Source: a virus (lineage: Duplodnaviria > Caudoviricetes). From it: 47,280 nucleotides of DNA. Below the pieces are notes generated by a model. That model saw only the letters and a list, made by a program, of their open reading frames with translations, had not been told where the DNA came from and searched no databases. This document shows positions 30,755 to 39,741 of this stretch, piece after piece; position 1 is the first letter of the stretch; every line of letters starts with the position of its first letter. The DNA lies in the IMG/VR virus record IMGVR_UViG_3300032225_001750, positions 1-47,280 of that record; one strand, 5' to 3'. A program made the position numbers and the translations under genes.

Positions 30755-31651
30755 ATGACTTTACTACCCAAAGCCGCACCTCGTGTGAACTATCTCAACA
30801 ACAGAGATATCTTAAAAGAAATTCACCTCAGCAAAAACAACTACTGCTGGTTCCAGGACAGAGCAAACGATCACCAATTTGATATTATTTTGCCATCAAT
30901 AGACAAGATCAATCAACGTACCATTGCCGAAGCCCGACGCAATCGAGCAGATCGTCTCAAGCGTGAAGGCACTATTGTGGACCCTAAAAAGATACCCAAC
31001 ACAGACGTTGTTTTTCGCATTACGTGTTGGGATCACATACCCAAAGCGCCTAAGAAAATTACCAAGGCAGAAGCCAAACGTCGCAAACTAGAAGACATAC
31101 TGGACCTGGATGATGCCACCGAAGATGATCCACTAGCAGACATTGTGGATGTGCCTGTGCTGGATATGAACCATGTGCGTGTGAACTTCCCTCCGTTTGA
31201 ACACTATCGTATTGATGAAGAAAAGAAACCATTCATCGTGGGACGCAGTCATTGGAAAGGTGATCTAGCCACTGGCGAGTTTTCCAAAGATCACGGTGAC
31301 ATGACCAAGAAACTGGCCATGATGTTTATGAAACTATGCGAAAGATATGCTACAAGGAGTAACTGGCGTGGATACACATACAACGAAGAAATGCGAGGTC
31401 AAGCCTTGCTACAACTCAGTCAAATCGGACTCCAGTTTGACGAGTCAAAATCGCAGAACCCTTTTGCGTATTATACTGCCGCTATCACTAATAGTTTCAC
31501 TCGTATCTTAAATATTGAAAAGAAAAATCAAAACATACGCGATGACATACTAGAGATGAACGGACTCAATCCTTCATGGACCCGTCAGAACTCGGGCAAA
31601 CACAGCATGGCTGCCATGTCCGGACCGGTCGTAAGTAGTCTTGATGAGTAG
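30755..31651 (+). CDS. gp55: Late-transcription sigma factor, T4 gp55-like
   Basis: 298 aa. YLNN..., N(W)RGYTY.EEM...A......FD..KS.NPFAY.T....N.F.R....EKK. Lies upstream of gp47/gp46 as in T4-like phages. Confidence 0.85.
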   Translation: MTLLPKAAPRVNYLNNRDILKEIHLSKNNYCWFQDRANDHQFDIILPSIDKINQRTIAEARRNRADRLKREGTIVDPKKIPNTDVVFRITCWDHIPKAPKKITKAEAKRRKLEDILDLDDATEDDPLADIVDVPVLDMNHVRVNFPPFEHYRIDEEKKPFIVGRSHWKGDLATGEFSKDHGDMTKKLAMMFMKLCERYATRSNWRGYTYNEEMRGQALLQLSQIGLQFDESKSQNPFAYYTAAITNSFTRILNIEKKNQNIRDDILEMNGLNPSWTRQNSGKHSMAAMSGPVVSSLDE

Positions 31652-31663
31652 TATAATAGTTAG

Positions 31664-32458
31664 ATGACCAAAAAGAAAATTTTGTTTGTCGGGTGTTCAT
31701 TTACTGCCAATAGTGGGTTTACCGCAGAAAATCAACCTAGATTCCATTGGCCCTATTTACTGAGTCAGCATTATCAAACAGAATTTACCAATTCAGGATG
31801 GGGAGGATCTAGTAATGACGAAATTGTTACTCGTGTTGCCCAGGCCACTTCTAAAAATTTGTATGATCTAGTGCTGGTGCAATGGTCAGAGATTAGCAGG
31901 CAGTGGATTTATCATTCAAATCAAAATGTAGATGACCATACTATCCTCAATGCATCGGATTCTCCAAAAGGGTGGCTATGTGATAGTAACGAAGTGCAAC
32001 AGTATGCTAAATTGTACCATGCTTATTTTAATAATCCATACGCAAATCTTAGAAAATGGTTGTGTCAAGTGATAACACTGGCCGGTTATCTTGACTCCAA
32101 GAATCAACCTTATGTTTTTGTCAAAGGATTTGAAAATTATGTTTCTGCGTTTAAAAATATCAAGTATGCTCCCGAAACAGGTTTTAAAAATTTGGAAAAC
32201 CTTATAAAAAAGTTTTTAGATTTTGATAATCGTCCAGATGATTATATATTTCACAAGATTAAAGAAATACAATTTTTACTTGACAGTGCAGGGAAATCAA
32301 ACTGGTTGAATTTCAACTCTTTAAGTATCCTTGATGCAACAACTGATCTAGCAGATGATGAGATGCATCCTGGTATTGAGTCTAATTTAGAATTGGCCAA
32401 ACAACTTATCTCATACTGTGATAATAATAATCTACTAACACATGACCAATCTATTTAA
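31664..32458 (+). CDS. SGNH/GDSL hydrolase-like protein (paralog 1)
   Basis: 264 aa. GCSFT, N.G.GG.SN and C-terminal D.MHPG correspond to SGNH blocks I, II and V. Visibly AT-richer than its neighbours. Confidence 0.6.
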   Translation: MTKKKILFVGCSFTANSGFTAENQPRFHWPYLLSQHYQTEFTNSGWGGSSNDEIVTRVAQATSKNLYDLVLVQWSEISRQWIYHSNQNVDDHTILNASDSPKGWLCDSNEVQQYAKLYHAYFNNPYANLRKWLCQVITLAGYLDSKNQPYVFVKGFENYVSAFKNIKYAPETGFKNLENLIKKFLDFDNRPDDYIFHKIKEIQFLLDSAGKSNWLNFNSLSILDATTDLADDEMHPGIESNLELAKQLISYCDNNNLLTHDQSI

Positions 32459-33458
32459 AAAAGCGGCGGTGTTTACCGACATTCACTTTGGCTTGAAAAG
32501 CAACAGCGTTCAACATAACGAGGACTGCCTGAACTTTGTGAAATGGGCTGTTGCCAAGGCACGAGAGGAAGGTTGCGAAACCTGTTTGTTCCTTGGTGAC
32601 TGGCACAACAACCGTGCCAGCCTAAATATTGTTACCCTAAACTACAGCCTGCGGGCCTTGGAGCACATGAATGCAAATTTTGAGCGTGTTTATTTCATTC
32701 CTGGAAATCACGATTTATATTATCGCGATAAACGCGATATACAAAGTGTCGAATGGGCAAAGCATCTCCCCAATGTACAAATATGTAACGATTGGTTTAG
32801 TAGCGGCGATGTCGTTATTGCACCTTGGTTATGTGGCGATGACCATAAACGGATTCCCCGACTGAAAGGCCGATACATGTTTGGGCATTTTGAACTGCCC
32901 GGGTACTTGATGAATGCCATGGTAGAGATGCCGGACCACGGCGAAGTTCGACGAGAAGACTTTGGAAATTTTGAGCATGTGTTTACCGGACACTTCCACA
33001 AACGTCAAACCAAGAAAAACATCACATACATTGGCAATTGTTTTCCACATAACTACGCTGATGCCGGAGACGATGAACGTGGCCTAACCATCATTGAGTG
33101 GGGTCAAGAGCCAGTGTATCATGCCTGGCCCGATCAACCACGTTATCGTGTGCTGGGACTGGCCAGTATCATTGACAACGCACCCAACTTGCTTGCACCC
33201 GACATGCATGTTCGTGTACAATTAGATATTGAGATTTCATATGAAGAAGCCAATTTCATCAAAGAAACTTATATCCGAGACTATGGTCTAAGAGAGATGG
33301 CTTTGATCCCAAATAAAAATAGTTCCGTAGATACTGACATGGCCCCGGGTGAAGTTAAATTTGAATCAGTAGATCAAATTGTAACTGATCAGATCACCAA
33401 TATCGAGTCTGAATTCTACGACAATAAATTGTTGTTAAAAATCTATCAGAATCTATGA
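32442..33458 (+). CDS. gp47: Recombination endonuclease subunit, gp47 / SbcD / Mre11-like
   Basis: 338 aa. Metallophosphoesterase motifs DIH, GD, GNHD, GH and GHFH. Confidence 0.92.
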   Translation: MTNLFKKAAVFTDIHFGLKSNSVQHNEDCLNFVKWAVAKAREEGCETCLFLGDWHNNRASLNIVTLNYSLRALEHMNANFERVYFIPGNHDLYYRDKRDIQSVEWAKHLPNVQICNDWFSSGDVVIAPWLCGDDHKRIPRLKGRYMFGHFELPGYLMNAMVEMPDHGEVRREDFGNFEHVFTGHFHKRQTKKNITYIGNCFPHNYADAGDDERGLTIIEWGQEPVYHAWPDQPRYRVLGLASIIDNAPNLLAPDMHVRVQLDIEISYEEANFIKETYIRDYGLREMALIPNKNSSVDTDMAPGEVKFESVDQIVTDQITNIESEFYDNKLLLKIYQNL

Positions 33459-35218
33459 TAAGCATAAAAAACTTAACCGTGAAGAATTTCATGAGTGTGG
33501 GTGCGGCCACGCAAGGCATTGACTTTGACCGTACTGACTTGACTTTGGTACTGGGTGAGAACTTGGACCTAGGTGGTGATGGATCACGTAATGGTACCGG
33601 TAAGACCACAATCATCAATGCACTGAGTTATGCTTTATATGGACAGGCGTTAAGCAATATCCGTAAAGATAACCTAGTGAACAAAACCAACAGCAAGAAT
33701 ATGTTAGTGAGTTTGGACTTTAATGTTAATGGACAAGAATATAGAATTGAGCGTGGCCGCAAACCCAATGTGTTGCGTTTTTACATCAACAACGAACACC
33801 GGGTTGCCGAAGACGAAGCGCAAGGCGACAGTCGTGAAACCCAAGATGCCATTGAGCGTGTGATGAACATGAGTCATGACATGTTCAAACATGTGCTGGC
33901 CTTGAATACTTATACTGAACCGTTTTTGAGTTTGAAGGCCAATGACCAACGCACTATCATTGAGCAGTTGTTGGGTATTACTTTGTTATCAGAACGTGCT
34001 GATGCAATCAAAGAACTCAATCGCCAGACCAAAGATGCTATTCAAGCAGAAGAATTCCGCATACGTGCTGTTCAAGAAGCCAACAAGCGTATCGAAGAAC
34101 AGATTGAAAGCCTGCGTAAACGTCAACGTCTATGGATTGCCCGGCGTGATGAAGATGTGGGCAAACTAGAACAGGCCATTGCGGATCTCGAGCACATAGA
34201 TATCGATGCTGAAGTTCAAGCACATAGAGACCTAGAAGCGTTTCATGCGAAGAAAAAAGCCTTAGATGATGCCACACGTTACATTCGTCAAATTGATGCA
34301 GACGATGCCAAATTAAACAAACTGTTAGACAAACTCAAAACTGAGATTGCGGCATTAGACGCTCATAGATGTCACTCATGTGGGCAAGACTTGCATGATG
34401 ACAAGCAGGACGAACTAAAACAGGCCAAACAGGCTTTAGTGCAAGAAACAGCACTGCAACTCCTGGCCAACGACACTCAGCGTGAAGAACACTTGACCAC
34501 ACTGACACAGATCGGATTGCTAGATACAGCACCAACAGTGTTCTATGATTCGTTAGAGCAAGCCCTGAACCATCGCAACACTGTGGAAACTTTACGCAAG
34601 GACCTTGCCACTAGATCTGCAGATGCAGATCCTTACGAAGAACAGATTTCAGACATGCAAGGACAGGCTCTGCAGACGGTAACATATGATGCACTAAATG
34701 AACTCACTCGAGTGCAAGATCATCAAGACTTCCTGCTCAAACTATTGACATCAAAAGATAGTTTTGTACGCAAGAAGATCATTGATCAGAACTTGAGTTA
34801 CTTGAATGCACGTCTTACACATTACTTGGATCGTATTGGACTACCACATACTGTAAAGTTCCAGAATGACTTAACAGTAAGTATCGAAGAACTGGGTCGT
34901 GAACTTGACTTTGATAACTTATCACGTGGTGAACGCAACAGACTGATCCTTAGTATGAGCTGGGCATTCCGTGATGTTTGGGAAAGTTTATATTCACCAA
35001 TCAACTTGTTGTTTATTGACGAGTTGATTGACAATGGCTTGGACACCCAAGGTGTAGAGAACGCACTGGCCTTGCTCAAGAAGATGAGTCGAGAACGCCA
35101 CAAATCAATCTGGTTGGTTTCACATAGAGATGAACTGGCCGGGCGAGTAGAAAACATTCTCAAAGTGATCAAAGAAAACGGATTCACCAGTTACAATACG
35201 GATGTTGAGTTAGCATGA
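33455..35218 (+). CDS. gp46: Recombination ATPase subunit, gp46 / SbcC / Rad50-like
   Basis: 587 aa. Walker A NGTGKTT, coiled coil with CHSC zinc hook, LSRGE signature, Walker B LLFIDE and SH loop. Confidence 0.93.
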   Translation: MISIKNLTVKNFMSVGAATQGIDFDRTDLTLVLGENLDLGGDGSRNGTGKTTIINALSYALYGQALSNIRKDNLVNKTNSKNMLVSLDFNVNGQEYRIERGRKPNVLRFYINNEHRVAEDEAQGDSRETQDAIERVMNMSHDMFKHVLALNTYTEPFLSLKANDQRTIIEQLLGITLLSERADAIKELNRQTKDAIQAEEFRIRAVQEANKRIEEQIESLRKRQRLWIARRDEDVGKLEQAIADLEHIDIDAEVQAHRDLEAFHAKKKALDDATRYIRQIDADDAKLNKLLDKLKTEIAALDAHRCHSCGQDLHDDKQDELKQAKQALVQETALQLLANDTQREEHLTTLTQIGLLDTAPTVFYDSLEQALNHRNTVETLRKDLATRSADADPYEEQISDMQGQALQTVTYDALNELTRVQDHQDFLLKLLTSKDSFVRKKIIDQNLSYLNARLTHYLDRIGLPHTVKFQNDLTVSIEELGRELDFDNLSRGERNRLILSMSWAFRDVWESLYSPINLLFIDELIDNGLDTQGVENALALLKKMSRERHKSIWLVSHRDELAGRVENILKVIKENGFTSYNTDVELA

Positions 35219-36018
35219 TTGCCTCCACTGTTTTTCACGGGTGTTCGTTTACTGAAGGCATCGGGCTTGATTTAGAAAAGTTAGATCCCAATTTGTGGGT
35301 TAATATTCTTTATCAGTCAACAAAACAATTATCAACTACAAAATTAATCAATGCAGGCATGGGAGGAACAACTAACGAAGAAATATTTCTATCTGCATTA
35401 AACACTATAAACAACAATCCTGGATGTCAGTATCTGTTTGTTGCATTTACTGCATTTAAACGACTGCGTGTAAATCCCAGTGTTGAATTATACAACACCG
35501 ACATATTTTTAGGCAGTGGAAAAAAAATCAATGATGTCCATATCAATCCCGAAATTACAATTTCTGGAAGTTATGTTGAGAACATTCGAGATAGATTTTT
35601 TGATCTAACACATTTACACTACGATATAATAAAAATTTTACGCTATACTAAACTTATTGAACACACCGCAAGGAAATTTAATATAGAAGTTTTTTTTATT
35701 AATTCATTGATGTCTATTGACAAAGATTATTTTGTTCCAGTAACAAAATCGTCTAGACTTCCTGGCGATACTACACCATTGACTCAAGAATTGTTAAATG
35801 TTAAAACTAGAAACGATGAAGAATATTTTCAACTATACGATAAAATCCATCTGGATTATAAAAATACAAACAGTCTACTATGTAACTGGCTCAATTTAGA
35901 TCAAGGATTTAAAACAAATTTTTATTTGGATCAAGGCAACGACAATTCACACCCAGGACCAGTCAGTCACCAGGCATTTGCAAAGTTTCTGACAGAAAAA
36001 ATACAGGTTTACCTGTAA
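35215..36018 (+). CDS. SGNH/GDSL hydrolase-like protein (paralog 2)
   Basis: 267 aa. GCSFT.G, NAGMGGTTN and DNSHPG. ATGA overlap with gp46. AT-rich. Confidence 0.6.
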   Translation: MIASTVFHGCSFTEGIGLDLEKLDPNLWVNILYQSTKQLSTTKLINAGMGGTTNEEIFLSALNTINNNPGCQYLFVAFTAFKRLRVNPSVELYNTDIFLGSGKKINDVHINPEITISGSYVENIRDRFFDLTHLHYDIIKILRYTKLIEHTARKFNIEVFFINSLMSIDKDYFVPVTKSSRLPGDTTPLTQELLNVKTRNDEEYFQLYDKIHLDYKNTNSLLCNWLNLDQGFKTNFYLDQGNDNSHPGPVSHQAFAKFLTEKIQVYL

Positions 36019-36058
36019 TATGATAACTATACAGCAAGGATAAATCGCACTAAAACAC

Positions 36059-36487
36059 ATGACATGGCTATATCAAGACACCCCAGTTGAGACGTTGCCC
36101 GAAGAGTGTGTTGGATTTGTTTACTTGATCACATGTAATCTCACTGGTCGCAAGTACATAGGCAAAAAATTAGCAAAATTTTCCAAGACAACATACAAGA
36201 CTGTAAAACAAAAAAACGGCACAAAAAAGCGCAAGAAGATACGCTCCAAGATCGATAGTGATTGGAGAGAGTACTACGGGTCAAGCCCAGAATTAACCGC
36301 AGACGTAATCAAACTAGGCACCGAAAACTTCACCAGAGAAATACTTTACTACTGCGGATCAAAATCCGAATGTAGTTATGTCGAAGCAAGAGAACAATTT
36401 GCTAGGCGAGTATTAGAATCACGAGATTATTACAACGTCCACATCCAGGTTAGGGTGCATGGTTCACACATAATAAACCGAATTTAA
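36059..36487 (+). CDS. Short stand-alone GIY-YIG family nuclease
   Basis: 142 aa. GFVYLIT...RKYIGKK, later conserved E (YVE) and YYN, and a Lys/Arg-rich insertion. No C-terminal DNA-binding domain. Confidence 0.7.
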   Translation: MTWLYQDTPVETLPEECVGFVYLITCNLTGRKYIGKKLAKFSKTTYKTVKQKNGTKKRKKIRSKIDSDWREYYGSSPELTADVIKLGTENFTREILYYCGSKSECSYVEAREQFARRVLESRDYYNVHIQVRVHGSHIINRI

Positions 36488-36489
36488 CA

Positions 36490-36818
36490 GGCAGCGATCA
36501 CGACACAGTGCTGAGTGCTATGGCTCAGCCCCATTGAGGAACGGTGAGATACCCGGTCTAGACTTGGGCGTCAAAGGCAAATTGCTAACTTAAGGCAACA
36601 AATGGTTTGGGCTCTGTGAAGAAGATACACCCCATGCTCGTAGAACTTGGATCTATATCGGGTTACTAGGGTTCCGTTGATATGTGAAGCGTGAGTAGGG
36701 GGTACCGGTCAACCGCCTCCGTGTGTGCAAACACAATCTCATTAGTATAGATGACTGCTGTCACTCGGATGATGCGCTCTCATTTTCACCGTGCATACGG
36801 TGAATTATGACCACATAA
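36490..36818 (+). ncRNA. Putative large structured non-coding RNA (unassigned family)
   Basis: ORF-free. Closing stem 36490-36500/36752-36762 (10 of 11 pairs), internal stems 36510-36529, 36630-36640/36692-36701 and 36643-36674, a GCAA tetraloop hairpin 36722-36735 and a perfect 8-bp hairpin 36785-36804. Many G-U pairs favour the + strand. Confidence 0.55.
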
Positions 36819-36860
36819 TCTGGATGATACTTAATTCAAATAATTAAAGAAAAACAATCA

Positions 36861-36904
36861 GTTGTTGAGCGTGAGCGAAAACAACAGACTTACGTAGTAA
36901 GTCT
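36861..36904. terminator. Tandem hairpins between convergent operons (likely bidirectional terminator)
   Basis: GTTGTT...AACAAC (36861-36885) and perfect AGACTTAC-GTA-GTAAGTCT (36886-36904), abutting the radical SAM stop codon. Confidence 0.5.
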
Positions 36905-38467
36905 TTAATATGTTGATACTTCCACAGTTGCTTTGTTGATTGGAATTACTCGGTGTTTGTTATCAGTGACAAATGCATCTTTGTCAACTAGCCCTAGATC
37001 AATCACATTTTTTTTGTGTTGCTGTATACTAGACTCAATCTCTGCCGGAACTTCATAACCTAATGAAATAGCCAATCTCATCATTTTTATCATTCTAATA
37101 TATCTTTCTTTTAGGGTCAATTCTGGATTGGTTGCCACTGTAAAATCATGGTTGTTGCTGGCAAATTCTATGCCAAGTTCGCCTATGTAAGATTCTAAAG
37201 GAGTACCATGCAAAATCAATGCCGGAGTTAACATGTTGATACCTAGCGCAGTTTTATTCACAATATATTTTTGATACCGCCTAAACATGTCCAATGTTGC
37301 TTCAAAATCTTCTTTGGTTTCTGTAGGATAAGATGCCATGATCAATAGCCAGTTTTTTATTTTGTATTTTTCACACATTTCAAAGTGCCAGTCTATATCG
37401 GTGTTTGAAAACTTTTTGCCTATGTGGTCACGTACCGCTTGACTGCCGGACTCAATGCCTACTTGTATATGATCAACTCCGGCTGCTTTCATTAAGGCAA
37501 ATAATTTTTCAGGATGCGATTCTTTTGGTCTTATGATAAATTGAGATGAAAGTTTAAATGTTGGTAGTCCATGTTGTGCTTTGTGTTCAACAAGAGTTTC
37601 CAGCAGTTTGATAAATGATTTGAGAGAGCCGTTTATCAAACTATCAGTACACCAGAAACTGGTTACACCTGTGTCCATATAATGCTTGACTATTTCATCG
37701 GCTACATTCTTGCCATTGCGATATCTAAATTTTTTCCACAATGTACTAACATCGCAAAAACTACATCTTCTAACGCAACCGCGACTGGTGGTGATTGACA
37801 ATGTGTGCTCACGATTCACACCCGGGTACAATGAAAAATCAAATTTTTTGTATGACGGCATTGGCACTGCATCAAGATTGTCAATTTGAGGTTGTCGGGT
37901 TTCGGGCACTCCTGCTGAATTTAAACCTTCGGCAGATCTGACACCATTGAGAAATTGATCAAAAACAATATCTCCTTCTCCTAACACATAGTAGTCTAGC
38001 AAATTGTTGTTCACAAGATATCTACCAAAAGTCACTGCATTGTCTCTGAGAAACATGCAGGGTACCGATAGTCCTGGGCCACCTGCAATGATTTCAATAC
38101 TACTGACTTTTTTGAATTTTTCTAAAAATTTCAATGCCCATCCTTGATTATGAGAAGTCAACACTGTTAATGCAATGCAATCACACTGTTCTGACACTAT
38201 GTCCTGAATCAATTGGTCTAAAAAATCATTCACGATCTTGTCAAGATCAACAGGTAAATCCTTTAAACCACGAGTAACATGAGCAAAACACTGGTCCCAT
38301 GCGTCTTGTCCGGCGCTGTGAAAGAATTCAACATTGATATCTTTTAACACATAGTCAATATTGTTGTGTTCACAGACTCCGGCTAAAAATGCCAGGCCAG
38401 CTGATGGCCTAGTGTATTGCAGTTGCGCACTGCTGACTAAACATAATTTTTTAAATTTAGGAGTCAT
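36905..38467 (-). CDS. B12-binding domain radical SAM protein (class B-like)
   Basis: RGCVRRCSFC (CxxxCxxC), N-terminal cobalamin-binding-like region (P..GLAFLAG, GGPG, GEGD), GIESGS and YPTET motifs. Start placed at ATG 38467. Confidence 0.85.
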   Translation of the reverse strand: MTPKFKKLCLVSSAQLQYTRPSAGLAFLAGVCEHNNIDYVLKDINVEFFHSAGQDAWDQCFAHVTRGLKDLPVDLDKIVNDFLDQLIQDIVSEQCDCIALTVLTSHNQGWALKFLEKFKKVSSIEIIAGGPGLSVPCMFLRDNAVTFGRYLVNNNLLDYYVLGEGDIVFDQFLNGVRSAEGLNSAGVPETRQPQIDNLDAVPMPSYKKFDFSLYPGVNREHTLSITTSRGCVRRCSFCDVSTLWKKFRYRNGKNVADEIVKHYMDTGVTSFWCTDSLINGSLKSFIKLLETLVEHKAQHGLPTFKLSSQFIIRPKESHPEKLFALMKAAGVDHIQVGIESGSQAVRDHIGKKFSNTDIDWHFEMCEKYKIKNWLLIMASYPTETKEDFEATLDMFRRYQKYIVNKTALGINMLTPALILHGTPLESYIGELGIEFASNNHDFTVATNPELTLKERYIRMIKMMRLAISLGYEVPAEIESSIQQHKKNVIDLGLVDKDAFVTDNKHRVIPINKATVEVSTY

Positions 38468-38972
38468 TCTGAAGAAGGCCTTCAAACTCATCGAGTTGTT
38501 GTAGTATTCTATTTATATCGTCTGGTTCTTTGCCAAACAAGTCAGACGCACTGTTGGTATTTTTCTTTCTCTGTCGTATTACCCAATCCAGCAGGGGAGT
38601 TTCAAAGTGCCACAGAAATTTTCCGTTTGGTCCCCAGAGTAGTCCCCCGGGGATTTTGCAGTCATTGAACATGAAAGTACCTTGGTATTTGAACATTTCG
38701 GGCAATTGAATATTGTCGACATAGAAATCTACCAGTGTTACTGTTTGATCGGCAAGAATTTTGTTACCTACAAAGTTCACATTGGCATCTGTTTTGCCAT
38801 ATCTTTCAATTTCTAACACATGAACACCGTCAAACAAATCAAGATCAAGAGTGACTGATAACTGTGATTCAGTAAACGCAATTTCTTGTTGTACATCATC
38901 ATCTATACAAAAACGCAACAAGGGCCATCCATTGAATTCTGTAGCACAAAATTTTATAGTTAACTGATCCAT
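38457..38972 (-). CDS. Hypothetical protein, probable radical SAM partner
   Basis: 171 aa from ATG 38972 (TAATG overlap with the upstream stop). Overlaps the radical SAM start and has similar AT-rich composition. Confidence 0.6.
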   Translation of the reverse strand: MDQLTIKFCATEFNGWPLLRFCIDDDVQQEIAFTESQLSVTLDLDLFDGVHVLEIERYGKTDANVNFVGNKILADQTVTLVDFYVDNIQLPEMFKYQGTFMFNDCKIPGGLLWGPNGKFLWHFETPLLDWVIRQRKKNTNSASDLFGKEPDDINRILQQLDEFEGLLQNDS

Positions 38973-39304
38973 TAGAACTGATCCGGCCAATCTCTAAACA
39001 ATGCGTGTTGAATATTACCTGAAACGAATTGATTAAAACTTTTATGTTTGACTTCGAGTTCGCCTTCAAGTGGTGCTACTCGTTTGAATGCTGAATCCAT
39101 TTGACCCATGTCTTTGAACTCCATGATGATCATCCACTCAGGCATGTCGGCTATGCTACGGAATCCCATCTTACATCTTGTGATTCTGTAAGATTCCATC
39201 TTGCCTTCTGAGATCAAATGATCAAAGAAACTCTTCATTCCGTTGACCCAGTCTAAGTCTGAGATGTCGCCTTCTTTATCGGCCCATATTGTGTATAAAT
39301 CCAT
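38972..39304 (-). CDS. DUF6614-like small alpha/beta barrel protein
   Basis: 110 aa. Y.IW.D....SD.......F...L...G....RI.R.K.GF......E..I..EF....Q...AF..V.......E..H............ALFRDWPD recalled as DUF6614-like. Confidence 0.55.
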   Translation of the reverse strand: MDLYTIWADKEGDISDLDWVNGMKSFFDHLISEGKMESYRITRCKMGFRSIADMPEWMIIMEFKDMGQMDSAFKRVAPLEGELEVKHKSFNQFVSGNIQHALFRDWPDQF

Positions 39305-39306
39305 AG

Positions 39307-39741
39307 TTACTCCAGTGGTCCTAGTAGTTCAAATCCGTCTATTTGAGATTTGTACAGGTGTGCTTGTTCAAGATACAGGTACTTGAATCCCCGTGCCTTG
39401 TAGATAGCACACTCTGTTTTCATTGTTTCAATTCCCAGACGCAGTCCTGGTTTGTGATAGTTCCATGCAAATTGATCGCATAAGGCATTCTCGTTGTCGT
39501 AGCGTCGAATCAAACTGAACGCCACAAGATCCATGCCATCATAGTAACCAAGCACATCAGTAGCAGGATCCAGATACCTTGAATCAAACATGGGCATGAC
39601 ACTGGCAAAACGTTTGTGTTGACAGTATTCTCTGTAGATGTTGTTCAGCACTCCTATGTCGGGCATGCGAAGATGCTGCCACTTGACTGATTCTGTGTAT
39701 TGAGTTTGACTCAAATCAATTCTAGCAAACTGATATGTCAT
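39307..39741 (-). CDS. GNAT-fold protein resembling the C-terminal domain of Arg/Leu-tRNA-protein transferases (ATE1/Bpt)
   Basis: 144 aa from ATG 39741 (ATGA overlap). YY....LVAFS......., F.W.Y..P.L.LG......E....K..G..YLYL.....YK....FE parallels the ATE_C pattern. Confidence 0.55.
   Translation of the reverse strand: MTYQFARIDLSQTQYTESVKWQHLRMPDIGVLNNIYREYCQHKRFASVMPMFDSRYLDPATDVLGYYDGMDLVAFSLIRRYDNENALCDQFAWNYHKPGLRLGIETMKTECAIYKARGFKYLYLEQAHLYKSQIDGFELLGPLE

Noticed and set aside
36488-36904. Assignment of the structured region to RNase P RNA, tmRNA, a group I/II intron or a hammerhead ribozyme
   Set aside because: GAGGAACGGT after a hairpin and TAGATGACTG loosely recall RNase P, but the GAAAGTCC/GGCTTA P4 pairing is missing. 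I see no tRNA-like ends, domain V, P7 or CTGATGA/GAAA core, and no interrupted gene. A covariance-model search is needed to exclude these formally.
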